Source of the DNA: Octopus vulgaris
Lineage: Eukaryota
Length of the DNA stretch: 64,000 nt
Direction of reading: 5' to 3'
Assembly (NCBI GenBank): GCA_951406725.2
Contig: OX597820.1
Coordinates: 84,878,001-84,942,000 of the forward strand
The notes beneath the pieces were generated by a model. The model was not told the DNA's origin. It did no database searches and saw only the letters and a list, made by a program, of their open reading frames with translations. This document shows, piece by piece, positions 1-13,065 of the stretch. The position numbers and the translations under genes were made by a program. How positions within the stretch are numbered: position 1 is the first letter of the stretch; each line of letters opens with the position of its first letter.

Positions 1-2462
1 CGGGTCTCAACCAGAGACCAAAGGCACGTAAATATTTGATGGAGGGAAACTTTCTGTGTAGGAGAGCGGTGTAGGCGAGACATGGCAACGAAGCCATAGT
101 TCAGTCTTTGACAAATCAGTATGGGCATGCACTGCGCTGTTACAAGCAAAGGTACTCCACCTTCTAGCAGCACTTTGTCCATCTCTTCAGGTAATGTAAT
201 AGGACTCAGAAAATTATGGATTTATTACCTACCACGACAGCCTGCCGCAACTCCCAGCGTTTTGATAGGCTAATAACAGCAACAAATATCCAAGAAGTAT
301 AAAGTTTATCCGCAAGAGTGTTAGGCTTGTATTGGCGATAAATCGTGAACCGAGATGTGTTAATTTTGCTGTGAAAGGCCACCAATAGAAGGAATATTAT
401 AGACAATTTCCGGTGCATAATCCTGCTAAATGCAAAGTTCAAAAACTGTTGGCCAAATTTATGACAAAGAGGTTGGTGCATGTTGTGAATAATTTAGTTG
501 GTTAAGCTCAATCGTTAGCGATCCCCATTGGATCCATCCTCGACAACCTCCACCTCATGCGTTACATCATACAAAGAATGCCTTACAAGTATGGAATCAG
601 TGGAGCTCTGATCAATGTAGATCAGTCCAAATCATTCAAAGAAGGTCGACATTCGTTACAAAGCAGCAATTCTATAAGCAACAGGTTTCGAACCCACTTT
701 CAGTAGCTAGATAGCAGCAATCCATATCGTTGTTTTCTCTGTTGTTAGAGTTAAATGTCATCTCTTAGAACCATCTACTAACTCACACTCGATCCGTTAA
801 AGTATCCTCTTTCATCTCTTCAGGCGTTAGAGCCTTTGCTGCTGAAGCTAAGACATTTTGAGAGGTATTCCTTTCCAATTAGGATGCAGGAGAGCTGTGT
901 TGGCTTACGCAGATGACATCACGTTTACAGTGTCAAAGTACAGAGGATCATATAGTGGACACCATTGTTAAGGGATACGACCTGATAGCAGGAGCTAAGA
1001 TAAACCTAAACACGTCGGTAGATCAATGGTTTCGCAACTGGACAAATAAGGCTATGCTAACAAATAGCATTGTAGGCCAATCAGCATTCGGTCCAGTTAA
1101 ATTGATAGGTGTCTGGTTTGGCACAGACCTCCATTTTGTGAAAGACATTACAAACAGGGTGGCCAGAATCACTCAGAAATTGCCTGAGAAGAAATTATCT
1201 CTGAAAGATCGAGCATAGCTGGCAAATGTGCATATCCCATCTTTAATAATATAATAAGCATTGTATCTTGCTCCAGTCCATGTAGAGTCTAACTGGAGCG
1301 TTTTATTTTCCCTTAATTCGGGAAAGGTTGCTTCCCACTAATCGGGCGTTCCAACTATTGTCTACGCTCTCTTGATGATGGGGTTTTCATGATATGTTTG
1401 TTAATGCGCAGACACGCGCAATCATTACGCCAATTACAGATCTTCCCGGACGGTGAGCCAGCGGCGTCTCCGTTAAAAAGACATGCTTTTCCACAGCTCA
1501 TTTCTTTGACTGAGCTTTAGTCTTGGGCAAAACAAAAACCAAAACTAGGTGTCTCATGTCAAAAATGTCGTCAGGCAGGTGCTTACTGTTATCTACCACT
1601 CGATCTATACCGTTGGTGGAAATTTTACCTTGGCAATATATAAAAAAATGTAGCGATGAGTTTCCCGGAGAGGCTCAGAGTGTTGACGATGATCAGTTGC
1701 CGGCCTGTTTTGCAATACTTACGCGCCAGGTACTACTATGGATAATTTTCAGAAATCTATGGTATTGCAGCGCTACTGAGAAGCACTGCCAATTCGAGAT
1801 AAACACTATAAGCACGGAAGCTATGTCTGGCGGAATTATCTGAGTGATGAAACCGTCCTGCATGCATTCGTGCAATACCCAATTATTGTTGACTTGTGGA
1901 GTAATGTGGAAAAACTGTAATCAAGTGTTGGACGAAACTGACTGCCGTCCAAATCCATCATAAATATCTCCCCCTACCCACATTTAACAAATCAGGGCAG
2001 ATGGTGTGGTGGACTAGGCTGAGAATATTAAGGAAATAGACTTTTCTCTTTTGTCAAGTTCTCATCGACTTTTTAAAGTTTTGTGTGGATAGGAAACTAT
2101 GGGTGGGCAGGAAATTTCTACCTGCCGGTGAATATGTGAAAAGATGGGAAATTGTGTCAAAATGGTTTGAGTGAGTGGTCCTGCTCTACGTATCCTGCCG
2201 TGGGTTGAATAGTTGGAAGGTAGTCTCAAAGCTATGGTGGTCAGGGTATGTGGGTTTCCTTGTTAGTTCTATTTGGTGTTGCTTATGTATCAGGAAGATC
2301 GCGTCATTCATGTTATCATATACTTTGTATATTGTATATGCAGTTCATCGCATTTCACTCTCCTTTTCATTGTTTCTCCCTATCTTATTTGTACATTTTT
2401 TTATGAACTGTTTACTATTCTTGGGATCTGTATCTCCTTTATGCCACTGTGGATACTAAAAT
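1..2462 (+). mobile_element. Degraded L1/Tx1-clade non-LTR retrotransposon (ORF2: RT and C-terminal zinc knuckle); 5' part lies outside the window
   Basis: Frameshifted motifs in the expected order: NFRCIILLNAKFK (~405-445, cf. NWRPITLLNxDYK), ALINVDQSKSF (~605-640, cf. LDQxKAFDRVDH), VLAYADDITF (YADD at 906-917), GAKINLNTS (~990-1015), SDETVLHAFVQ zinc-knuckle remnant (~1845-1875); GT-rich 3' UTR running into (TTA)n at ~2465. Confidence 0.85.
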
Positions 2463-2465
2463 AAT

Positions 2466-2525
2466 TTATTATTATTATTATAATTATTATTATTATAATT
2501 ATTATTATTATTATTATTATTATTA

Positions 2526-2611
<86 letters not shown>

Positions 2612-2655
2612 GCTGTTGTTGTCGTTGCCGTTGTTGTTTTTGTTGTTGTTATTAT
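2466..2655. repeat. Compound (TAT)n/(TGT)n microsatellite
   Basis: Seen directly. Confidence 0.97.
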
Positions 2656-4975
2656 TTACTTTTTATCTGTATGTTTGTTACTATCACTCGACGTGACATA
2701 TCCAGCGTACTGGGGTGAGTGAAGGAGAAGAGATGTTACAAAATGACTGAAAGCTTGAGGAGGCGAAGTTGTAGAGGCAGTAGTGAAATATCTTCATGTA
2801 ATGCAATACAGACATTTAGATGGATAGGGTCATTCTAAGAAGGTGGGCAGTACTTATCATCACAATCTTTTAGATTTCTCTGAGACTTGTTTCTCCTTGG
2901 ATATTATCTAGGTACTTCTAACATCCCCTTTTATCATACCTAAGGCAACTACAATAACAGGAACAGTTTTCACATAGATATACCACATCTTTCGAATTTC
3001 AATTTCCAGGGCCTTATATTTTCTTAATTTGTCAAATTCCTTTACAGATATATTTTCATCAGTGGGAACTATTACTTCTATTCATCTTCAATTAATTTCT
3101 TCCCTGTGTTTAATAATTACGTCTGGTGGATTAGTCTGCATCGTTCTGTCAGTGTTGACTGGAAAATCCCAGATTATACTGACATTTTTATCTTGAAGAA
3201 CGGTCTCAGGAGTGCTGATTTTGTGGTGTTTACATTTTTTCCAATATAAATACTGTCCTGCCATTTGTATTCGTTTAGTGTCAGTACAGGATATCCCGAG
3301 ACGAGATGATCTATTGTTTCGTCAAATGTGTCACAGAATCTGCATTTAGGGTCAGAATCGTTTTGAAAAACGTTAACCTGGTAGTTTTTTGTAGCAAGTT
3401 TTAGTTTCTGCTTTCAGTACTCAATTTCCTAGTTACTGATGGGTTGTTGCTTGGTCTACATCGGCAATTCGGCTTCGAAGAATATACTTACATGCATTGG
3501 CTTCTGGCTCCACCACTCCTCAGTTTGTTTCTGCCTGTTTTTTTTTCTGCAGTCTGTTTGATAAATTTTGCATGTTTTGTGGTAGTGGTTTCAGGTTTTT
3601 CATATATTTCGGTGTTAATGTACAAGCTTCCTTGACAATAGAATGTGATTTTTTGCTGCGTTCCTCTTTTCTCATAAGCGTCAGCGTCTAGTCCTTTTTA
3701 CTGGATAAGTACTTGCTCATTGCTTTTGTGGAGGTCTTATAGCACGGTTCTACCTACACCATTCGTCTTCCGCTATTACTTCTAGGCGGACACAAATGAT
3801 CAGCGGCTGCTTTTGGGTGGTGCATGTACTTAGATTTTAACACTTTTCTTGTCATCCTGTCCAGGCGAAGGAGCTTTATAAGATTGCAGTGTATGATGTT
3901 AAAACTATATCGGAGTATTGGAATCGCTAAGATATTAATGACTTTGATGCGACTTTTTGAGTTGAGTTCAATTTTTAATATGAGACCCATTCTTCTGCAA
4001 TACTCCTTTCTCCTTTTTTCTTTCATAGTAGCATGTTGTATACAACCTCCTTTTATCCCCAGGTATTCATAATTTCCTTTTCAGTCAAGCTGCTTCAGTG
4101 AAGTAGCGTCGGTATCTAATTTAATGGAAGTTGTTTGCCTGATCTTGCTTCCCTCAAAAGTTGTTGTAGCACACTTATCAAGGCCAAAAGCCATCCAAAT
4201 GTCATTGTTGAACTCTTTAATAGCTGTTAGAAGCTCTCGCAGTTCTTCATTTCTAGGAAATTGCTTCAGACCATCAATATAAAAAAGATGGTTTAATTTC
4301 GCATTTCAACTCTTACTTGGTGTTATCTAGTTCGTATGACAGTGGGATCAGAGCCATGCAAAAGAGTAATTGGGACAGGGTGTCACCTTGAAAGATGCCT
4401 CGTTTCTCATCCCTTTACTATGGTTTAGAAGTGGATGTCTTTTCCACTTTGTAATAACTTGGAGACGACAGTAGGGATCTTATATATCTGAAAGACCTTG
4501 AGTAGACAGTTATGTGGGAATATATCAAAGAATTCTTTGTAGTCTATCCATGCAACACTTACGTTCATCATGCTCCGGTAATTGTCTACAATCATCTTAC
4601 GTATGAGCAATTGATCTTTGTACCCAATAAGAATTCCCTTTACAGCTTGTTTGACCTTGTAGAATGAAAGACTTCTGTTCAAGGAAAGCGTGTATTATAT
4701 CAGTTAATTTGAATGTGAGGATTTTGTAGATTGTGTTGGGACTGGTTATTGCTGGGTACTTATTTGGAGTTTTTGTATCTTTCGAGCTCCCTCTGGCGTA
4801 TTTGAGTGGTTGCAAGCAGTGTTGTTTTCTGTATGAGCTCCAGCCTTATTGCAGCTCCTATTTGTTCCATGTACTTCCCAAGATTTTACTTACTGTTCTA
4901 TGGTACCATTTTCAGTGACCTCAACTGTTGAACATCCCAAGCATATCGCATAGCTTGTTGTCAGTTTGGCATGCT
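2656..4975 (-). mobile_element. Degraded R4/Dong-like RLE non-LTR retrotransposon (RT to C-terminus plus 3' UTR), 5'-truncated
   Basis: Minus-strand motifs: KDQLLI..VAWIDYKEFFDIFPH (ORF 4425-4682), RGIFQGDTLS (~4400), LNHLFYIDGLK (~4290, decayed YMDD), INILAIPILRYSF..HHPKA (ORF 3754-4026), WDFPV.TDR (~3170), C-terminal STAHLLRMTLSI* (~2820); many stops and frameshifts. Confidence 0.88.
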
Positions 4976-4980
4976 TACAA

Positions 4981-4986
4981 TTATTA

Positions 4987-5028
<42 letters not shown>

Positions 5029-5035
5029 GTTGTTG

Positions 5036-5117
<82 letters not shown>

Positions 5118-5118
5118 C

Positions 5119-5153
<35 letters not shown>

Positions 5154-5164
5154 TTTTATTATTA

Positions 5165-5237
<73 letters not shown>
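4981..5237. repeat. (ATT)n microsatellite with GTT/ATC variants; 3' tail of the element at 5238-6480
   Basis: Seen directly. Confidence 0.97.
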
Positions 5238-5238
<1 letters not shown>

Positions 5239-6480
5239 GTGATTTGTGTGAGGTTCCTTGTTATTTCTGGTAGATGTTTTGTGTGTAGCGGGTTACTACC
5301 TCTAACGTTAATTATCCACAAGCCTTCAATAGTCTTTCAAGTGCTTAAACCCTTCAGATAATCATTACTTCCCTAAGAAGCCAAACTTTCTATAGATGAC
5401 CTGCTGGCCATTTTATTCCAATCTCTTTTCGCCATTTATCTATAACTTTACTTTCAGTTCCCAATGCATCAATTATTACAATTACAACCTTTACAAGTTT
5501 TATTCTCCAAATTCTAGCACATCAAATTTTTAAGGGAGTATGCGCGCTTTGCTTTACATCGTTTCTCTTTAAAATGACGGGGTCAAATTTATATGAATTA
5601 TGAATTAATAAGCAACTTCGCTTTTCTTTTTCTATTATTGTTATGTCTCGCTTATAATTTTATACTTTCTTATTCCTTTCAATCGAAAGAGTATTGGTTT
5701 CGGAGAAACGCAAAATTCGATGGCATTTTCGCCATCGAATTTTGTGTTTCTCGAAACCAACACTCTTTCCATCCGATGACCACATCATGTACCCCCAACT
5801 TCAAATCCTTATTTCTGATAAGGCTGCCAGTGTAAGACTTTCACGACTTGTTCACGCCTCTACTTTTTCTATTCTCCCGGTGTCAGCTTGGGACAATTTG
5901 CAACAATGTGTACACTGTCTCCCACATTCCAGAGACTATTTTTTTATGACACCGTCTACCCACACGCATATTTTCTCAAATTGTTTGCTTTTATCTTTTG
6001 ATCTGGAGCAGCTATGATTAAGCTTACAGTTATTTTTTTTTTATTGTCCTTTTCTTATTCAAGCTCAGAATCTTGTTCCACATAAATCCTGCATGACTCT
6101 ACAAAATTCTCTACAAAATTCTCTACAAAATGTTTACTATGCTCTCTTTGAATTTCGTTCTTGTCCGTCCACCGTTGAATACCTGGTTCTTATTCACTGT
6201 CTTTATTCATATCTCTGTACTTTCTGTAAATACTCTACTATTTTTTTTTTATTTTGATATATATTTTCATCTGTACACACACACTTTACCGCAGCAATTG
6301 GGCCTCTTTCACCACGGTCTCTCTACTTACTGATATCTGCTTTCGGATGGAGGTTTGCATACATTGTCAACAGCTTCCTAGTTTTTCTGACAAGATTCTG
6401 TGTCGATTTAGACTCCATCTACTTTTCGAATTCCATATCTGATTACCGGTACTGCTTTTGAATTCATTTTTCCAATAACA
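5238..6480 (-). mobile_element. 5'-truncated degraded R4/Dong-like RLE element (3' portion), interrupted at ~5535-5790 by unrelated hairpin-bearing DNA
   Basis: Minus strand: NSKAVPVIRYG (~6435-6465), ETV.HIVANCPKL zinc-knuckle region (~5880-5920), ARIWRIKLVKVVIVIIDALGT (~5460-5520), decayed C-terminus ~5340-5420, 3' UTR ending in (TAA)n. Confidence 0.78.
5685..5769. repeat. Near-perfect inverted repeat (arms ~40 bp, 6-nt loop ATTTTC)
   Basis: Left arm GAAAGAGTATTGGTTTCGGAGAAACGCAAAATTCGATGGC vs reverse complement of right arm GAAAGAGTGTTGGTTTCGAGAAACACAAAATTCGATGGC (2 substitutions, 1 indel). Confidence 0.92.
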
Positions 6481-6645
<165 letters not shown>

Positions 6646-6922
6646 CTAGTCAAATAGATAACTATGTAACCAATTAAGTTATCTTTCGGTCAATCTGTCG
6701 CTTAATTAATCGATTAACCAATCGATTAATCATTCGATCAGTCAATCAATCAGCTAATTTCGTGTAAGTTGTTTCATCACCTGTGATATCAGAGATGAAC
6801 TTATCTTTTTAACTTAGGTCTGCTTTGGAAATATTTGTCTCCCGGTTTACAGATTCTAGTTCTATATTTAAAGATACATATGATGAGAGGGAGATACAGA
6901 GAGAGAGAGGGGGAAAGCGGGA

Positions 6923-6954
<32 letters not shown>

Positions 6955-7412
6955 GCGTGCACACATGCCCGTGTGCGTCAGTTAGTGAAGGTGGGTGATC
7001 TATGAATGTTGTGAGTCTTTAAGCGTTTATTTAATTATTTACTTATTTTTTTATATATATACATATTGTATGGTTAGTATGTTTGCCGTTTTTGAACACA
7101 CTGTGAGCTTGTGGGTTTGCGTCGGTGCATATGCGTGCGTACATCGATATTAAAATCTAGTGTTTTTACTTATTTTGAGAACGTTATGGATCACATTTCA
7201 GCTTAAAGTATCTCTTCAACTTTCTTCCTTGTAGCCGAAAGAAACATAGAATAAGGCATTTCTCTCCCGCTGATCTATATCTCACACATCTATACGAAAA
7301 CATATACAACTACATAAGGAATATGCTGGTGTATGAGACACGCTATTTTTATTCTTGAGTGTAACGCAAAATTACCATGCACGTAAAGCTACTCTATAAG
7401 AAATATCAGTGA

Positions 7413-7490
7413 AAGCGCGTGGCGTAGTTGTTAATGTAATCGGTTCAAGATCGCTAGGTTGTGAGTTCGATTCCCAGCGGAACTGACCGA
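7413..7490 (+). mobile_element. tRNA-derived SINE head fragment
   Basis: Pol III A-box-like TGGCGTAGTTGTT and B-box GAGTTCGATTCCC with tRNA-like spacing; resembles the SINE head at 33450. Confidence 0.65.
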
Positions 7491-7629
7491 ATGATTAATC
7501 AAACAATCGATTAGTAAATTGTCTTTATACTTGACTAATAATTATAATTCACATTTCTTGGTTCAATAGAACGTAAATGTGAATTACTAATATTTTATTT
7601 TTGTGTGGGGGTCGATGTCAAGAGAAATA

Positions 7630-10200
7630 AATATAATGGGAGTGACAAAAGTAAAGCTCCTTGGTGGAAAAGAAGATATAGTTAGATATACTCTCGAAGG
7701 ACATTTCTGTGTTAGACCGAAAAGAAAAGGGGGAGCTTAAAAGCGAGCAAGATTACGGGGCTCTGAACAAGAAATATTGAAATAAAGGGCGTGAAAGTGG
7801 TAATGGAGGAACTGAAACTGCGCTCGTTGCCAAGAAAGCAAAGATGGCATGATACGACCAAAGAATGAAGGGATACAGGTAGAATAGGTTATTCAGAGTA
7901 GGTCAGAAGGGATTCTAAAAATAAATAAATGGTGTTTACAGATGAAAAGTTGATACCATTTAACATTGAACGCCAAAAGTTTCGGAGTGACTGGAGCAAA
8001 GACAAGGATAAAAAGAAGGATGCTGAATGGTTGCAAGACCTTAAACAAACAGTTGTCTGTCCAAATCAGGTAGAACAATTAATTTCAGTGAGGGAAGTGA
8101 AGGATATCAGCAAAAAATAAGCATCTGGAAGATGGATAAGATGGATTTCAAGGCTACTAGATCAAACGATTTGGTGAATGCTATGCACACCACCTTGCCT
8201 AATGCCGACAAATTACAACTAGAGTTGTTGATAATGGCTAGGACAGTGCTTTAAAATCATCGAAAAAGGCAATACGGCAGAAAATGACAGGCCGATATCC
8301 TGCTTGCCAGTTATAAAGATATTATTAACTGGAATACTGGCACAGACAATGTACGGAGATGAGCAGAAGGGTTGTAAGCGTAAGTGCAGAGATACCAAGG
8401 ATCAACTCTTGGCCAACAAAACTGTACTTAGACATTGCAAGAGGAGGAAAACTAACTTAGCCATGTCATCGATCCACTATCGTTAGGCGTACGATATGAT
8501 ACCATATTCTTGGATCATGTAATCTGTGAACCTATTTGGTATTGCATTGAATATTGAGTGATTGCTTGCAAAAAGTATGGCGAAGTGGAGAACGGAACCG
8601 ACAGCATATGGAGAAGGTTTAGGGACAATAGAAATCAGGAGAGTCATCCTCCAAAGAGAATGACTCTCCCCATTGATCTTTGTACTATATATGATAAGCT
8701 AACACTGAATCTGAGGAAAGCAGAGGCTAGGTTTTTATTTAAGAGCCACCAACAAAAAAATCTATCACTTGTTATTCATGGATGACATCAAACTTTATGA
8801 TAAAGATGAATCCCAAGTCAGTTCTCTCGTTGATAAGTTCTATAACTTCAGTGCTGATATCAGAATCGATTTCGGACTGAAAAAGTGTGGTGTGTTAGTC
8901 ATGAAGAGAGGCAAAATTAAATGTATGGGCGGGCTAGGGATACCATGGGGGGTGGTTATGAAGCAGATAGAAGAGACGGACTATAAGTACTTGGGGATCC
9001 TGGAAATCTATAAATTGATGGAGAAAGAAATGACAGAAAACTTTAATGTGCCAGACTGAAACGGATAGTTAAGTCGAAATTAAATGGACAGAATAAGAGT
9101 GAACCTATCAATACCTAGACGGTTCCATTCCTTGGATATGGAGCAGGTATAACTGCATGGACGGTCGACGAACAAAGTAGTTTAGAGAAAAAAATGAGGA
9201 AGTTGCTGAATAGATATAGGATACTCCACCCAAAAAGTGATACAAACAGTCTGTATGTACCACGAAAAAGAGGGGAAAAGGAATGACTGGATGCGAACAC
9301 ATCATTGAAGAAAAAGAAATCAACATAGAATGGTATGCAAAACATACCATAGAACCATTAATACTGGAAGTAAGAAGCGCAGACTTGTGTAGGATGGAAG
9401 ATTGCAAAGATAAAGCATTGTCCAAGCACTTCAGAATGAATGAAACTGCAAATAGGTGGATTAAGAAAAGAATTCATGGCAAATTTCATAGAGACGTTGA
9501 AGATAAGACAGACAGAAGAAAGATGGCTATGGATGATTAAAAAATTATTTAAAACCTGAGGTTCTAATGTGTGTTGCCAAGAGCAAGCATTAAGAACCAG
9601 TTACATCAAATACAGAATAGACAACACATTAGAAAGTGAGAAGTGCAGAAAGAACATTAGAGACGCTATGACAATATAGCAAGGATTGTCCAATGGACAC
9701 TTTGCAAAAAGTATGGACTTGACAGAGCAAAAATGTGGTACGAACATAAACCCGAATGCGTCATCGAAAATGATAATGGAAAAACCCTATGTGGTTTTAT
9801 GATTCTGTCCGACCATACGATAGAAAATAGGAAACCAGACATTGTGTTAATTGAGAAGAAAGCAAACGATGCTGGAGCATAGATAGAGCATGGCCAGCTG
9901 ACAAGTTATGTGATAAGGAAGAAATATTGATAATATGGACAGGTTAGCTTGGGAGTTTAAGCAGTTGTGGTCGCAGAAATGGTTGTAGCAATACTAATAA
10001 TTATCGTAACCCTTGGAACAGTAAGTGAAAATCTTGATAAGTACATGGAACAAATAGGGGCTGCAATATGGGTGGACGACTTGCAGAAAACAGTACTGCT
10101 CGGACAATAAGGGTTTTTACGTTCGGTCACTGTCAGTGAACAGCTGACACCGTAGTAAATCTCCAGCGTTAGACGTTGTGCAAAGACAATAACATAATGA
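7630..10200 (+). mobile_element. Long degraded R4/Dong-like RLE non-LTR retrotransposon
   Basis: PWWKRR (~7660), RPISCLPVIKILLTGIL (~8290), EQKGCKRKCRDTKDQLLANK, LFMDDIKLY (RT catalytic site, ~8772-8798), FGLKKC, YKYLGILE, LHPKSD..LYVPRKRG, WYEHKP, NRKPDIVLI (RLE), KTVLLG (~10090); short (TAA)n tail at ~10195-10225. Confidence 0.9.
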
Positions 10201-10225
10201 TAATTATTATTATGATAATAATAAC

Positions 10226-10739
10226 AAGAGAGCGACAGAATGTGGTATAAGCACAAACCGCAGAAGGGCGGAGTCGGAGACTAGCAAATCCCTCTGGGAT
10301 TTCCGAACCAAAACAGCGCGGGTGCTAGAGTATACCGGACCAGATCTAGTGGTCGTGGACAAGGTGCCTCACATGTGCTATACAGTTAACATTGCATGCC
10401 TCTTTGACTCACGATTAGTCAAATAGGAGGGCAAAAAGTTAGGTAAATATAATCCTCTTAAATACGAAATAAGCACAGCTAAGGTGAAGATGGTGCCAAT
10501 TATTGTTGTGCCATGCAGAACAGTATCAGACGGCTTCTACGATATTATAAATGTTATTGGAATAGAGTGCCCAGTAGAAATGTTACAAAAGTTTTGCCTC
10601 CTTGGCACGGCCGCAATAATCAGGAAAGTATTAGAGAGCTGAAAAGAACGGATACCATGGTACCGTAGGCTGCAGGTACCAAGCCCACTAAGCATGCAAA
10701 ACTCCAGGAGCTCCAACAATACATGTTAATAAAAGATCT
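10226..10739 (+). mobile_element. 3' fragment of a second RLE-type LINE family (endonuclease domain, C-terminus, 3' UTR)
   Basis: WYKHKP, LWDF, PDLVVVDK, LQKFCLLGTAAIIRKVLES* (stop ~10642); followed by (AAT)n 10740-10827. Confidence 0.82.
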
Positions 10740-10752
10740 AATAATAATACTG

Positions 10753-10827
<75 letters not shown>

Positions 10828-10829
<2 letters not shown>

Positions 10830-11039
10830 TCAGACAAATACATAACAAAAACACCAGGACTTACAAACACATATAACATACAGAAAATTGCACTACTAGG
10901 CACTGCACACATCCTACGCAGAACATTTTCCATACAATAACCATCAGAGCATCACAACAAATCACAGCACATACCCAAGGCACACAGAGCTGCGCTCGGT
11001 AGTGAAGTGAAAGCACGCTATAAAAATAAAACTACTGAA
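10828..11039 (+). mobile_element. Short 3' end (~212 bp) of a young RLE LINE family embedded in (AAT)n
   Basis: SDKYITKTPGLTNTYNIQKIALLGTAHILRRT plus 3' UTR ending AAAACTACTG-(AAT)n; near-identical to 40056-40270 and 44245-44461. Confidence 0.92.
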
Positions 11040-11058
11040 TAATAATAATAATAATAAC

Positions 11059-11118
<60 letters not shown>

Positions 11119-11119
11119 C

Positions 11120-11156
<37 letters not shown>

Positions 11157-11192
11157 CAACAACAACAACAATAATAACAATAATAACAATAA
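11040..11192. repeat. (AAT)n/(AAC)n microsatellite tail
   Basis: Seen directly. Confidence 0.97.
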
Positions 11193-12900
11193 TAGAACAA
11201 ACGCTTATCATTATAATCGGCGTAATGACTGATCAGAGATTCAAACACTCTTTTCTTTTCCTCAGAAGCAGTCCACGCAATACCACTTCAGCTATACTGC
11301 TGATAAGAAATCATAATTTTACATCTAGAACATGTGTTAGGTATTCTTCTCTCCAATATTCAATTGCATAATTAGTTAAAAAGAGCTAAGAGGAATAACT
11401 AAATGGCATAATTACATTAACTTGGATTACTTCATTACTGTATGTTATACTAAACAACGCTCGCTATAAATTAAGTTGAGGAAAATTTCCTCCGGCTAGC
11501 TTTGATTCTCCAATACCGCGGTGGCTATTTTGGCCTACAAATCAGTATCCCTTGCAGCGACAATTTTCTGACTGTCGTTTCTTTAGCATGTAAATTAGCA
11601 CGAATAATATATTAGGCAGTTCTTGAAATTATCTTAACGTCTTCATTTAGAATCACTAACAATTACTTCAATCTTTAATTTTCCGACTGCCAGGCAGATG
11701 TAAATTTCTTGCATATTAAGAAATTATTTCCTTTTTGATAAGTAACTACAATTACCATTACGATTTTGCTTGTTTTCTTTCCTCAAATTAGTCATTTAAC
11801 TTTGTATCATTGTGTTCATCATTCTGCACACCTGAAATATCTAAATTCATGCTATCGGATTACTTCTATTTACTCATTGTTTTGAAGATATGCATATTAC
11901 TACTGAAAGTAATATCCGTATCTATCTTCTAAAAAATATCTATACCTAAAAAATATTTTCCCCCATGCTTTACTTATAAGTTATGATACGACGAAAGTTT
12001 TACTGAAGTTGTACCTCATGAAAGCAACATAGTACTATGTCATAAATATTTTGTTTTTGTGTAGAATTATTTAGTATACATTAATTCAAATCAAAAAGTT
12101 CTTATACATTGTAAAAACAGATCTATATGTCAAATATACCACAGTATCAATTCATATTCTCCTAGAAAAAAAGAGTCAGTAGCTTTCTTATTTTTACCTG
12201 CCTCCGGAAGTGGATCAAATATATTCTGTCATAAAATATTGAATATGTACACAGGATTAAACATATTTGCTGATCATGGCAAAAGTTACTCCTCTTAACA
12301 ATTATTATAATGGAAATTTCGTTGGTAGCTGACATTTCTTATTGAATTATATAGTATGTTGCTCTTGATAGCCTTCCTTTAAAAATGGTAATTGCTTCAC
12401 CAAGTAATATGTTATATCATTCTTATATTATTACTATTTCTATTTCTTTTATATTTCTACATACAACATTATCGTTATTATTGACTCAAAATTCAGTCGA
12501 ATTCATAATAATAATAACAGTAATATACGTATCTGCGTATAGGAATATATTCTTTGAGGTATTCATATAATTCAAATACATCAAATAGTTTCATTATCTT
12601 TCATAATCTGATCACAATTTACCGTTTGAAAATTCGCACGGGAATCACGCTAATTTGTCACATCGTCTTTCTTTCCTCTTTTCTTCTTTTTAATTAACAA
12701 TTAAAATAAATGATCAAGAGATAACGTTGTTTTTGCTTCTGAATATTTCAGAGAAGCCAAACCGAAGAGAACTACGATTCTATTGTTCTATGAATTTCTT
12801 AATGAAATTTACGAGTAAACGTCAGATCTGAGTATACACTTTGTAAGATGTAAACTACATCTTCAAATATTGCAGATATGACATGCACACGCCTACGTAG

Positions 12901-13065
<165 letters not shown>

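Noticed and set aside
6098-6130. Short tandem duplications (CTCTACAAAATT x3; also 14475-14530, 14927-14960, 32160-32215)
   Set aside because: Ordinary slippage duplications with no spacers; not CRISPR-like
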